Origin: an uncultured Candidatus Saccharibacteria bacterium
Lineage (GTDB): Bacteria > Patescibacteriota > Saccharimonadia > Saccharimonadales > Saccharimonadaceae
Direction of reading: 5' to 3'
Length of the DNA: 64,000 bases
NCBI GenBank assembly: GCA_946646285.1
Contig: CAMPCN010000001.1
Span: forward strand, 64,233 to 128,232
Within the stretch, counting starts at the first letter, position 1. Each line of letters opens with the position of its first letter. The translations under genes and the position numbers were made by a program. The notes under the pieces are model-generated. The model was given only the letters and a program-made list of their open reading frames with translations. It was not told where the DNA came from and ran no database searches. Shown one piece after another: positions 52,803 to 61,464 of this stretch.

Positions 52803-53360
52803 ATGGAAGTTGTAGGTAGGGCAGGCTATAAGCTAAGTAATGCTATTAAAGCGTTTGGGATTGATTTGCATGGGAAGACAGTTTTAGATATTGGGTCTTC
52901 CACGGGCGGTTTTACGCAATGTGCCTTGGAGAATGGGGCAGAGCATGTGATTGCCGTCGAAAAAGGCACCAATCAAATGAAGGCACCATTACGATTTGAT
53001 CAAAGAGTGGAATTATACGAAAAGATGGATATCTTTGATTTTCATTGTATGCCGCCAGATTTGATAATGGCCGACGTGAGTTTTGTGAGTTTGCGAAAGG
53101 TGCTGCAATATGCGGCGAAAGAATTAGCCGATAGTCATACGGAATATCTAGTTATGCTCAAGCCGCAATTTGAAGCAAAGAAACATCAGCTGAAAGATGG
53201 CGTCGTGAAGAATAGCAAGATGCGACGAGAGATTATTGCGGAATTTGAGTTCTGGCTAAAAAAGAATAAGTTCATCGTTGTAAGAAAACGCGATAACGAA
53301 TTGGCGGGGCGATTCGGGAACGTAGAGCGGTTTTATTATTTGAGGGAAGCGGCGAAATAA
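52803..53360 (+). CDS. tlyA: TlyA-family rRNA 2'-O-methyltransferase lacking the S4 domain
   Basis: GYKLSNAIKAFGIDLHGKTVLDIGSSTGGFTQCALENGAEHVIAVE (SAM-binding motif I) and ADVSFVSL. Confidence 0.75.
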   Translation: MEVVGRAGYKLSNAIKAFGIDLHGKTVLDIGSSTGGFTQCALENGAEHVIAVEKGTNQMKAPLRFDQRVELYEKMDIFDFHCMPPDLIMADVSFVSLRKVLQYAAKELADSHTEYLVMLKPQFEAKKHQLKDGVVKNSKMRREIIAEFEFWLKKNKFIVVRKRDNELAGRFGNVERFYYLREAAK

Positions 53361-53389
53361 AAAATACCCCCGAACTAGGGGTATTTTTT
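53361..53389. terminator. Bidirectional terminator (AAAATACCCC / GGGGTATTTT)
   Basis: 10-bp stem with loop cgaacta, between convergent genes. Confidence 0.75.
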
Positions 53390-53406
53390 ATGTTGACTCG
53401 CCTGTA

Positions 53407-54099
53407 CTAGTATGGTTCGGAGTTATCCTCAGTGGCGTTTTGCTCTGTAATCCATTTTTGGAGGATAACTAATTGGTCAATGTCTTTTTGTTGCTCAACT
53501 GGATCTAGGTCTTCGTATGGCACAGCTAGCTTTGGATCGCCATAGTTAGGGTCTTTAGCCCATTCGTTACGGCTAATCCAGTTATTATGTACGAGATCTC
53601 CGTATTTTTGACGAGCATCTTCGTCGCTTACAAAATCTTGTTTAAGTATTTCTTCTGCGCCTAATTCATCTAGTAAGGAAATGAGATATTCTGCCCCGCC
53701 GCGGTTTTGACCCTTCCAATACTCGGAATATTGGTCGTATGGGGTATTAGCAATATCGATGACTGCGGCGTTGGCTTCCTCGATAGTTGCAAATGCGCCT
53801 TCTTGAACTAGATTTTCTGGGAATTTGTTTTCGTAAGCCTTCTCGTCATTCTTGCCACGCCAGGCGGGTTTAAATGTGCCATTCTCGAGTTTTGAATAAT
53901 TCTTCTCGGCATAGTCACGAGCTAGAGGAATAGCAAGTGACTCGACGCGCGGATCATGCTCTTGTTCGGCGCTAGCCTCTGTCTCGATGTCGGTCTGGGC
54001 TTGATTGGCGCTAGGCTCGTCGTCTAGGTTCTTTGGGATATTCCACTCACTACCAGCGTTTGGGCCTTGCTCGGTATTTAACTTTGCTATTTCGCTTAT
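53407..54099 (-). CDS. Unlisted 230-codon ORF with promoter and SD but no canonical start codon (candidate ATA start); weak RyR-domain-like C-terminal motif
   Basis: The minus frame is open 54135-53410 with no in-frame ATG/TTG and only one GTG, 38 codons from the stop. GGAG lies 8 nt upstream of ATA 54099-54097. The C-terminus VHNNWISRNEWAKDPNYGDPKLAVPYEDLDPVEQQKDIDQL resembles bacterial RyR-type repeats. Confidence 0.55.
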   Translation of the reverse strand: MSEIAKLNTEQGPNAGSEWNIPKNLDDEPSANQAQTDIETEASAEQEHDPRVESLAIPLARDYAEKNYSKLENGTFKPAWRGKNDEKAYENKFPENLVQEGAFATIEEANAAVIDIANTPYDQYSEYWKGQNRGGAEYLISLLDELGAEEILKQDFVSDEDARQKYGDLVHNNWISRNEWAKDPNYGDPKLAVPYEDLDPVEQQKDIDQLVILQKWITEQNATEDNSEPY

Positions 54100-54145
54100 A
54101 TGTTTTTCTCCGGTGTTTATTTTTGTGTGATTAGCTTACGATTTA

Positions 54146-54174
54146 ATTATAACAAAGTTCTTATGTTTTGTCAA
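54146..54174 (-). promoter_or_regulatory. Consensus sigma70 promoter TTGACA-17-TATAAT
   Basis: On the minus strand the -35 is at 54174-54169 and the -10 at 54151-54146, ~46 nt upstream of the ATA codon. Confidence 0.65.
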
Positions 54175-54254
54175 GATGTAAGGGTAGAGAGTGGAATTTG
54201 CGATAAAATTATTGCATAATTAAAGAAAAACGATGGCATAGTAACGGAGGTGAA

Positions 54255-54893
54255 ATGCAAAAGAATAGTGTTGCGCGCAATAGGATGATGGGCTTTCTAG
54301 GCATAAATATATTGGTCTTGATTTTTGAATTTATAGGGCTGTGTAAGGTTTATGGCGAAATTGGCAATAAGAGTTTGATTTTTTACACGCAATTGAGCAA
54401 TATATTTCTGCTAATTGCGGTTTGTATTAATATTGTTGAGTCAATTAAGTGTTTAATGTCGGATAAAAAGAGCGGTTTGCCAGCATACGCTTGGCGAGTC
54501 TTTCATGCGGCAGTGAGCGCGACGACGGTAACGTTCTTAGTAGTGTTACTGGTTTTATCGTGGATGTATGGCAACCTGTGGTATGTGTTGACTGCTGGAT
54601 CGATGCTATTTACGCACACATTATGTCCGTTGATATCCCTCGGGACCTTTATTGGTTTTGCGCCAAAAGTATTTAAGGGCATTGATGCAATTAAGGCTGC
54701 GAGCTTTACGTTTATATATGGCATTCTAGCAATCATATTAAATATAATGCGCGTGATAACAGGGCCATATCCGTTTTTGTGGGTATATGAACAACCGGTA
54801 TGGATGACTATCTTTTGGGTAGTGACAATTATAGGTGGGGCTTGTGCGATATCGAGAGTTATTTTAATAGGCAAGACAAAAAGGGAGTCATAA
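54255..54893 (+). CDS. Hypothetical polytopic membrane protein (~6 TM)
   Basis: 212-aa ORF with SD GGAGG and alternating hydrophobic helices. Confidence 0.65.
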   Translation: MQKNSVARNRMMGFLGINILVLIFEFIGLCKVYGEIGNKSLIFYTQLSNIFLLIAVCINIVESIKCLMSDKKSGLPAYAWRVFHAAVSATTVTFLVVLLVLSWMYGNLWYVLTAGSMLFTHTLCPLISLGTFIGFAPKVFKGIDAIKAASFTFIYGILAIILNIMRVITGPYPFLWVYEQPVWMTIFWVVTIIGGACAISRVILIGKTKRES

Positions 54894-54908
54894 GCTCAGT
54901 TTAGTTCG

Positions 54909-54917
54909 TGGTAGAAT
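54909..54917 (+). promoter_or_regulatory. Extended -10 (TGgTAGAAT) 6 nt upstream of dnaE ATG; leaderless candidate
   Basis: TGGTAGAAT-ataaat-ATG with no SD. Confidence 0.45.
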
Positions 54918-54923
54918 ATAAAT

Positions 54924-57900
54924 ATGGCAACGGAGGAACAACTTAAACCAAGTGATTTTGTGCATTTGCACAACCATACGCATTATTCGCTTCTTGATGG
55001 CTTGACCAAAATGGATGAGCTGGTGGATTTTGTGAAAGAGAAGGGCATGGAAGCGGTGGCCGTTACGGACCATGGCACAATGTCTGGTTTGATTGACCTC
55101 TATAAAACAGCAACAGACGCGGGAATAAAGCCGATATTAGGTCTAGAAGCTTATGTAGCTGCTAGACGACTAGAAGATCGTGATCCGGCTTATGACAAGG
55201 AGCGTTTCCATATTACTTTGCTAGCGATGAATGAAAAAGGTTTTGAAAACCTTTGTCGCCTGATGACAATTGCGGAGACGGATGGAAAGTATTACAAGCC
55301 GCGCATAGACCATCGTGTGATGGAAGAATACAACGAAGGTATTATTTGTTGCTCGGGCTGTGCGGGTTCGGAGATTTCGATGGCGATTCGCGCGGATGAC
55401 GATAAGCGTACGATGGAGCTAGTTAAGTGGTATTCAGAAGTTTATAAGGATCGCTTTTATCTAGAGATGCAGGATCACGGGCACCCGGATTCGCCAACGC
55501 ATTGGTCGGAACAGACGAAGATAAATAACAAGCTAATGGAGATTAGCAAAGAGACTGGTTTGCCACTAGTAGTAACTTGCGATGGCCATTATCTAAGGCA
55601 TGAGGACCAAGATGCGCATGAGGTGTTGCTTTGTGTGGGTACGGGAAGCCGCATTACTGATACGAACCGTATGACTTTGAAGGATTTTCAGTTGAATGTG
55701 ATTCCGCCAGAAGAATTAATTCCGCGTTGGCAGAAGACTTGTCCGGAAGCTATTCGTAATACGAAAGTGATTGCCGATCGTTGCAATGTGAAAATTGAGT
55801 TGGGCCGGATTTTGATTCCGAAATTTCCAATTGAGACCGGTGAGACGGAGAAGCAGTATTTGGATAATATGGTCTTTAGGGGATTGGCAGAACGTTTTGG
55901 CTACATGTCTAAGGAAGAGGCGCAAACGAAGACGGTAGAGGAAATACGTCCAATATTATCGAAAGAGATTCTGGAACGTATTGATTATGAGCTAGCGACC
56001 GTCGATAAGATGGGCTATAATGGTTATTTCTTGATTGTGCAAGACTTTATTAATTGGGGGAAAGGGCAGGGGATTATTTATGGCCCTGGTCGTGGTTCGG
56101 CGGCTGGTTCGCTATTGGCATATGCAATCCACATTACAGACCTAAACCCGCTGGAATACGATTTGCTCTTCGAGCGCTTTTTGAACCCAGACCGTATTTC
56201 GATGCCAGATATTGATACGGATATTCAGGATAACCGTCGCGATGAGGTGATTGAATATTGTACGCGAAAGTACGGTAAGGGCAGAGTAAGCAATATTTGT
56301 ACTTTTGGTAAGATGATGGCGAAGAACGCAGTGCGCGATGTGGCGCGGGTGCTTGATGTACCATTTGCGGAGGCGGATAGAATTGCGAAGCTAGTGCCGG
56401 ATCCGGTGATGGGGCATCATGTAAAGTTGAAAGATGCGATTGTGAATGAGCCGGACTTGAAACATGAATATGAGACTAATCCGACCGCAAAAGAAGTGAT
56501 TGATTTAGCGATGCGGCTAGAGGGGACGATTCGCTCGCACGGCGTGCATGCTTGTGGCGTAGTGATTGCACCAGACGATTTGGTCAAGTTTATGCCGCTA
56601 GAAGTTTCGGCTAAGGGGCCACTTGCAACGCAGTATCCTGGTCCGCAGGTAGAAGAGCTTGGACTACTTAAAATGGACTTTTTGGGCCTATCGAACCTTT
56701 CGGTAATCCAGCAGGCATTACGTATCATTAAGAAAGTTCATGGCAAGATGATAGACATGAACAAGATACCATTAGACGACGATAATGTATACGACTTGTT
56801 CCGAAGGGGAGATACGACGGGCGTATTTCAGTTTGAATCTGCGGGCATGAAGCGTTATTTGCGTGAACTTCAACCGACGGCTTTTGATGATTTAATCGCT
56901 ATGAACGCTTTATATCGTCCTGGTCCGATGCAGTTTATTGAGAGCTTTATCAAACGTAAGCATGGCGAAGAGCCAGTTACGTATTTACACCCCGGACTTG
57001 AGAATTCATTGAAGAATACTTATGGCATTTTGATTTACCAGGAGCAGTTCATGCAGGCTTCGAAGGAATGGTGCGGTTTTACGGGTGGCCAGGCAGACAC
57101 CTTGCGCAAGGCGGTGGGTAAGAAGAAAGTAGACTTGATGAACAAAATGAAGCCGCTATTCGTAGAGGGCGCCGTGAAGGTGGGTGGTGCGACTAAAGAG
57201 ATAGCAGAAACTTTCTGGGATCAGTTGCTCGATTTCGCTAACTACTGTTTTAATAAGAGCCACGCGGCATGCTACGCTTTGGTGGCATACTGGACGGCAT
57301 ATCTGAAGACTTATTATCCGGAAGCATTCATGGCGGCATTAATGACGGCAGATATGCGTTGGACAGATCGTTTGGCGATTGAGATGACTGAGTGTAAGCA
57401 CATGGGAATTCAGGTGCTTGGGCCGGACATTAATGAATCTTATGCCGATTTTGCTACGGTAGGTAAAACTAAGACAATTCGTTTTGGCTTAGCGGCCATT
57501 AAGGGTATGGGCAAGGCTTTGGCCGAAGATGTGATAGACGAGCGCGACAAAAATGGCAAATTTAAGTCAGTATGCGATTTTGCGAAGCGCGTGTCGGGGG
57601 CGAAGTTTAATAAGAAGAGTTGGGAATCTGTAATTAAAACTGGTGGCTTCGATTGCTTTGGCGATCGCTCGGACTTATTGTTCAACTTGGACAAAATTCA
57701 GGCTTACGGCAATAAGATGCAAAAAGATGCCGCAAATGGCCAGACGGATTTGTTCGGTGCTATGGGTGCGGCGGCAGAGGTTCCGGAAGTAGAAATTCAA
57801 CCAGCGCCGACGAAATATTCGGATAAAGAACAGTTAATGTGGGAGCGCGACCTGATGGGGCTCTATATCTCGGCGCATCCTCTAGATAAGTATGATACTT

Positions 57901-58646
57901 ATTTTGAAGAGCAAACAATGCCAATTAGTGAGATTAAGCCGGAAATTGACGGAGCGACGGTAATAGTTGGAGGTATCATTACGAATGTGCGTTCTTTAGT
58001 AACAAAGAGTGGTTCGAAGATGGCTTTCGTGAAGATTGAGGACAAGGTTTCAGAAATAGAGGTGATAGTCTTCCCGAAGACCTATGAATTAGTGGGTGCG
58101 AAGTTGGTTCAGGATGCCGTCGTAAAGGTAACGGGCAAAGTTAATGCTTCCGATCGTGATGGGAATAAAACAGACGAAGCGAAGATAAATGCTGAAGAAA
58201 TAGATGTTATCACCGATGAGGAGTTAGAAAATTACGAGTCAACTGGAGCAAAGCTAAAAACTCCAACTAAGGGTGTGGCACAAAAGTCGCGAAGTAAAGT
58301 GGCGGCAACAAATGTGAATAGCGGACACGGTAATGGTGGCGGTGGCGGTTTTCGTCGTGGTGGTGGCGACAAGCCGACGGTTCATTTTAAGACTAGCGAG
58401 AGTGGCATAAATGCTCAACCGATTAAGCCGAAGAAGGTGTTTGTGCGCGTATTGGATCCCTCTAATAAGGAAGCGTTAATTAGTTTGAAGCAGAGTTGCG
58501 CGGTTTATCCGGGTCTTTCTGAGGTAATACTAGTAATTGGTGAAGATAAGAAAGCGATGCGAATGCCGTTTCGTTGCGAGCCACAAAAAGCACTCGTCGA
58601 CGAGCTTGTAAGTGTCTTTGGAAAAGAGGGCGTAGTTGTTAAGTGA
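54924..58646 (+). CDS. dnaE: DNA polymerase III alpha subunit
   Basis: PHP domain FVHLHNHTHYSLLDG, palm/fingers GPGRGSAAGSLLAYAIHITDLNP and MPDIDTDI. An OB fold and C-terminal domain follow. It ends at TGA, followed by a strong terminator. Confidence 0.97.
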   Translation: MATEEQLKPSDFVHLHNHTHYSLLDGLTKMDELVDFVKEKGMEAVAVTDHGTMSGLIDLYKTATDAGIKPILGLEAYVAARRLEDRDPAYDKERFHITLLAMNEKGFENLCRLMTIAETDGKYYKPRIDHRVMEEYNEGIICCSGCAGSEISMAIRADDDKRTMELVKWYSEVYKDRFYLEMQDHGHPDSPTHWSEQTKINNKLMEISKETGLPLVVTCDGHYLRHEDQDAHEVLLCVGTGSRITDTNRMTLKDFQLNVIPPEELIPRWQKTCPEAIRNTKVIADRCNVKIELGRILIPKFPIETGETEKQYLDNMVFRGLAERFGYMSKEEAQTKTVEEIRPILSKEILERIDYELATVDKMGYNGYFLIVQDFINWGKGQGIIYGPGRGSAAGSLLAYAIHITDLNPLEYDLLFERFLNPDRISMPDIDTDIQDNRRDEVIEYCTRKYGKGRVSNICTFGKMMAKNAVRDVARVLDVPFAEADRIAKLVPDPVMGHHVKLKDAIVNEPDLKHEYETNPTAKEVIDLAMRLEGTIRSHGVHACGVVIAPDDLVKFMPLEVSAKGPLATQYPGPQVEELGLLKMDFLGLSNLSVIQQALRIIKKVHGKMIDMNKIPLDDDNVYDLFRRGDTTGVFQFESAGMKRYLRELQPTAFDDLIAMNALYRPGPMQFIESFIKRKHGEEPVTYLHPGLENSLKNTYGILIYQEQFMQASKEWCGFTGGQADTLRKAVGKKKVDLMNKMKPLFVEGAVKVGGATKEIAETFWDQLLDFANYCFNKSHAACYALVAYWTAYLKTYYPEAFMAALMTADMRWTDRLAIEMTECKHMGIQVLGPDINESYADFATVGKTKTIRFGLAAIKGMGKALAEDVIDERDKNGKFKSVCDFAKRVSGAKFNKKSWESVIKTGGFDCFGDRSDLLFNLDKIQAYGNKMQKDAANGQTDLFGAMGAAAEVPEVEIQPAPTKYSDKEQLMWERDLMGLYISAHPLDKYDTYFEEQTMPISEIKPEIDGATVIVGGIITNVRSLVTKSGSKMAFVKIEDKVSEIEVIVFPKTYELVGAKLVQDAVVKVTGKVNASDRDGNKTDEAKINAEEIDVITDEELENYESTGAKLKTPTKGVAQKSRSKVAATNVNSGHGNGGGGGFRRGGGDKPTVHFKTSESGINAQPIKPKKVFVRVLDPSNKEALISLKQSCAVYPGLSEVILVIGEDKKAMRMPFRCEPQKALVDELVSVFGKEGVVVK

Positions 58647-58658
58647 GCGGTAGTTATA

Positions 58659-58690
58659 AAAAATACCCCCTTGTTGTTGGGGGTATTTTT
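58659..58690. terminator. Bidirectional terminator (AAAAATACCCCC / GGGGGTATTTTT)
   Basis: 12-bp stem with loop ttgttgtt, between convergent dnaE and the LOG gene. Confidence 0.8.
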
Positions 58691-58695
58691 GGTAA

Positions 58696-59418
58696 TTAGA
58701 TTTGCTTGTATGGTCGATGATTATTGTAGAGGTTGTCGTAGATGCTGCGATGCCCAATTCGGTTGGCGGCCTTTACAACTTCGTCAATATCGTCAGTGAT
58801 TTTGTAGATTTTGCGGTCGTTCGAATTGATTGTTTTGAGGCCTTTTTGCATCTTTGATTCGAACCAATGATCGAGTGGCTTCCAAAATGATTTACCGATG
58901 AGGAACATTGGCATCTTGGGCATCTTGCCTTCTTGCATAAGAATAAGGATTTCTGAGAATTCGTCGAGCGTTCCAAAACCACCAGGGAAGAAGACGTAGA
59001 CTTTTGAGCTCATCGTGAGCATAACTTTACGAGCGAAGAAGTAATGAAATTCCATTTGGTCGGTAACGTAGGGATTAATGTGTTGTTCGTGTGCAAGCTG
59101 AATATTGAGACCAATGCTGCGTCCACCACCCTCATAACAGCCTTGATTGGCCGATTCCATGATGGAGGGGCCGCCGCCAGTAACAACTGGATGGCCATTG
59201 TGCGCTAATTTGTAGCCAAGTTCATGAGCGAGTTTGCACCATTTGCTCTCTTTTGGAAGACGCGCTGATCCAAAGATAGCTACGCCCTGGGCGAAGGTGC
59301 GTATTTTTGCGAGGCCTTGCTCTAGGTCTTTTGCATAGCGTAGAGAACGTTCGACGTCTTCGGGGTTTAATTCTTCATTTGCGATTGCTTCTAGCCATTT
59401 TGTAATAGCTTCATCCAT
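58696..59418 (-). CDS. LOG-family (TIGR00730-type) nucleotide phosphoribohydrolase
   Basis: VVTGGGPSIMESANQG and PGGFGTLDEFSEIL motifs. Confidence 0.85.
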   Translation of the reverse strand: MDEAITKWLEAIANEELNPEDVERSLRYAKDLEQGLAKIRTFAQGVAIFGSARLPKESKWCKLAHELGYKLAHNGHPVVTGGGPSIMESANQGCYEGGGRSIGLNIQLAHEQHINPYVTDQMEFHYFFARKVMLTMSSKVYVFFPGGFGTLDEFSEILILMQEGKMPKMPMFLIGKSFWKPLDHWFESKMQKGLKTINSNDRKIYKITDDIDEVVKAANRIGHRSIYDNLYNNHRPYKQI

Positions 59419-60371
59419 TAACGTATCTCCTGTATTGGCATATTGTGTAATTTAACATTTTTATTAATAATACCCGCTTTGCTGCCGATTTTTTGTACCA
59501 CAGAGGTGGAGTTTGCAGACGCAAAGACCAACGATTCCTTAAAGCTGCGACCGTCGGAATACGCAGCGAGGAAGCCGGAGCCGAAAGCGTCGCCGGCGCC
59601 AGTCGAATCTTTGATGATTACATCTTCGTAGAGGCCGATGCGATAAGTTTCTTGGCCGTCTGAGGCGATTGCACCTTGGTTGCCATCTGTAACGATGGCG
59701 GCAGGGACGTAGTTTTTGATGCGTGCGACAATTTCGGAAAGCATAGCACCTTGAACAATTTTCTTCGCTTCATTTTTGTTAACGATTAATACATTAACAT
59801 CTGACAATAGCCCGAGGAGCTTGCGCTGGTGGTCTAGTTCCAAATTGCCAGGGTTGAACATGATTTTAGCACCAATCGAGTGCGCTTTAGTAAATAGCTG
59901 GTCGAGCATATTCATGTTGCCACGAAATGTAGTGACGTATATCCAATCTGGGTGGATGGAGTCTAAGTCATCCGGATTGATGGCGTCGAATTTTGCCGAT
60001 GCGCCACGGCAGGTCAGGATTGTGCGTTCGCCATTTGGAGCTAGCAGAATGACGGAATAACCTGTGTGGATGTTGGATATATAAGTGACGTAGCTATTGT
60101 CGATACCTTCATCGTCGAAAGAGGAGATGATGGCTGCTCCGGCTGGATCGTTTGAAATGCAGCCCATGAAAATTGATTCGTGTCCGTAACGGGCAAAAGT
60201 TGTGGCGGCGTTTGTGGCGCCACCGCCGGTACTAAATTTAATTTTATCGATATCTACTTTTGTGCCGAGTTCGATTTGATTAAAAAAGCCACGTTTGTTT
60301 GTACCGAAGTCGTCATGGTCGATAAGATATACGTCTTGTAGGGCTGCTCCTACGCTAACGATACGTGCCAT
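59418..60371 (-). CDS. PfkB-family carbohydrate kinase (ribokinase-like)
   Basis: N-terminal GGGATNAATTFA and C-terminal DSTGAGDAFGSGFLAAY. Confidence 0.85.
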   Translation of the reverse strand: MARIVSVGAALQDVYLIDHDDFGTNKRGFFNQIELGTKVDIDKIKFSTGGGATNAATTFARYGHESIFMGCISNDPAGAAIISSFDDEGIDNSYVTYISNIHTGYSVILLAPNGERTILTCRGASAKFDAINPDDLDSIHPDWIYVTTFRGNMNMLDQLFTKAHSIGAKIMFNPGNLELDHQRKLLGLLSDVNVLIVNKNEAKKIVQGAMLSEIVARIKNYVPAAIVTDGNQGAIASDGQETYRIGLYEDVIIKDSTGAGDAFGSGFLAAYSDGRSFKESLVFASANSTSVVQKIGSKAGIINKNVKLHNMPIQEIR

Positions 60372-61021
60372 TAAATTGGATCCTCCTTTTCAGTCTCCTT
60401 ATTGAGTTCTTCGAATACTTTTGCTGGGTCTTCGGCTTTACTAAGAGCGCTACCGACATTTATGACAGATATGCCGATATGAGTAAGTTCGCGAGCGTTC
60501 TCTAAATTAGCTCCACCATCCCAGCCGATTTCAATGCCGGGATGAATATCCTGAATAAGAGCCGCTTTTTCTCCTAGTAGTAGATCTGCTTTGCCGCCGT
60601 ATTTGCCGAGTTCGCCGGAAAAGATTAATGCATGGTCGGCTGCACTTAGGATAGCTTTAATGCTGCCCGGATAAACGCTGCGTACGATAGCAACGCCTAC
60701 TTTGATGCCGTTGTTCTTGAGGGTATCGAAGAGCGGTAAGAGATCGTCGCGCGCTTCGGCGTGAAAAATGATCAGGTTGGGGTGAAGTTTTAAGATGTTT
60801 TCGATATGCTTGGATGGCTCGATGGTCATCATATGTATATCGACCGTCCAGCCTTTCGGCCACCATACTGCTGTTTCGGCAATCGTTTTGCTGTGAGTCA
60901 GAGTGCCGTCGGATATGTCAATATGCACGCGTTTGGCGAAGGGATAGTACCGTTCGACTAATTGTTTATAGTTGGCGGGAGTTTCCGCGAGAATGCTGGG
61001 GGCGATAGTGGTTATTGCCAT
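60371..61021 (-). CDS. rpe: Ribulose-phosphate 3-epimerase family protein
   Basis: IAPSILAE...VHIDISDG...DIHMM... TIM-barrel pattern, 216 aa. Confidence 0.75.
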   Translation of the reverse strand: MAITTIAPSILAETPANYKQLVERYYPFAKRVHIDISDGTLTHSKTIAETAVWWPKGWTVDIHMMTIEPSKHIENILKLHPNLIIFHAEARDDLLPLFDTLKNNGIKVGVAIVRSVYPGSIKAILSAADHALIFSGELGKYGGKADLLLGEKAALIQDIHPGIEIGWDGGANLENARELTHIGISVINVGSALSKAEDPAKVFEELNKETEKEDPI

Positions 61022-61022
61022 A

Positions 61023-61463
61023 TTAATCCTCGTCTAGTTTTTGATTTCGGCGTTGATATTTTGGGTTAGCGATTGGGGTGCTATCCAAAAAGCTTTTGAT
61101 AATTTCGGGATATTTATCACTATCTTGGTCGGCCGATATGCATAGTACATTTGCGTCATTGTGGCCGCGTGTCTCGAGTGCATCCATTGCAGAATGGCAG
61201 ATGGCGGCGCGAATGCCCTTGAAGCGGTTGGCTTGCATTGCAACTCCTTGGGCGGATCCGCAAATGAGTATGCCAAAGGCCGAAAGATCGTTCGACTCCA
61301 AGATAGCATTTGCTACTTGTTTTGCGTAGTCGTTATAGTCGTCCTCGGCGTCGTAATCGAAAGCACCAAAATCGGTATAAGGGATCGATTCGGTTTCTAG
61401 CCAATTAATAACTTGGCTCTTTAGTTCATAGCCACGATGGTCGGCGCCGAGGAAAACATGCAT
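61023..61463 (-). CDS. rpiB: Ribose-5-phosphate isomerase B
   Basis: GADHRGYELK...ILICGSAQGVAMQANRFKGIRAA...RGHNDANVLC. Confidence 0.9.
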   Translation of the reverse strand: MHVFLGADHRGYELKSQVINWLETESIPYTDFGAFDYDAEDDYNDYAKQVANAILESNDLSAFGILICGSAQGVAMQANRFKGIRAAICHSAMDALETRGHNDANVLCISADQDSDKYPEIIKSFLDSTPIANPKYQRRNQKLDED

Positions 61464-61464
61464 T

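Noticed and set aside
58300-58646. Apparent C-terminal extension of DnaE after a Gly/Arg-rich stretch (GHGNGGGGGFRRGGGD)
   Set aside because: The last ~75 aa look like the normal DnaE C-terminal domain that follows the OB fold. Only the Gly-rich linker is extra, which is not remarkable.
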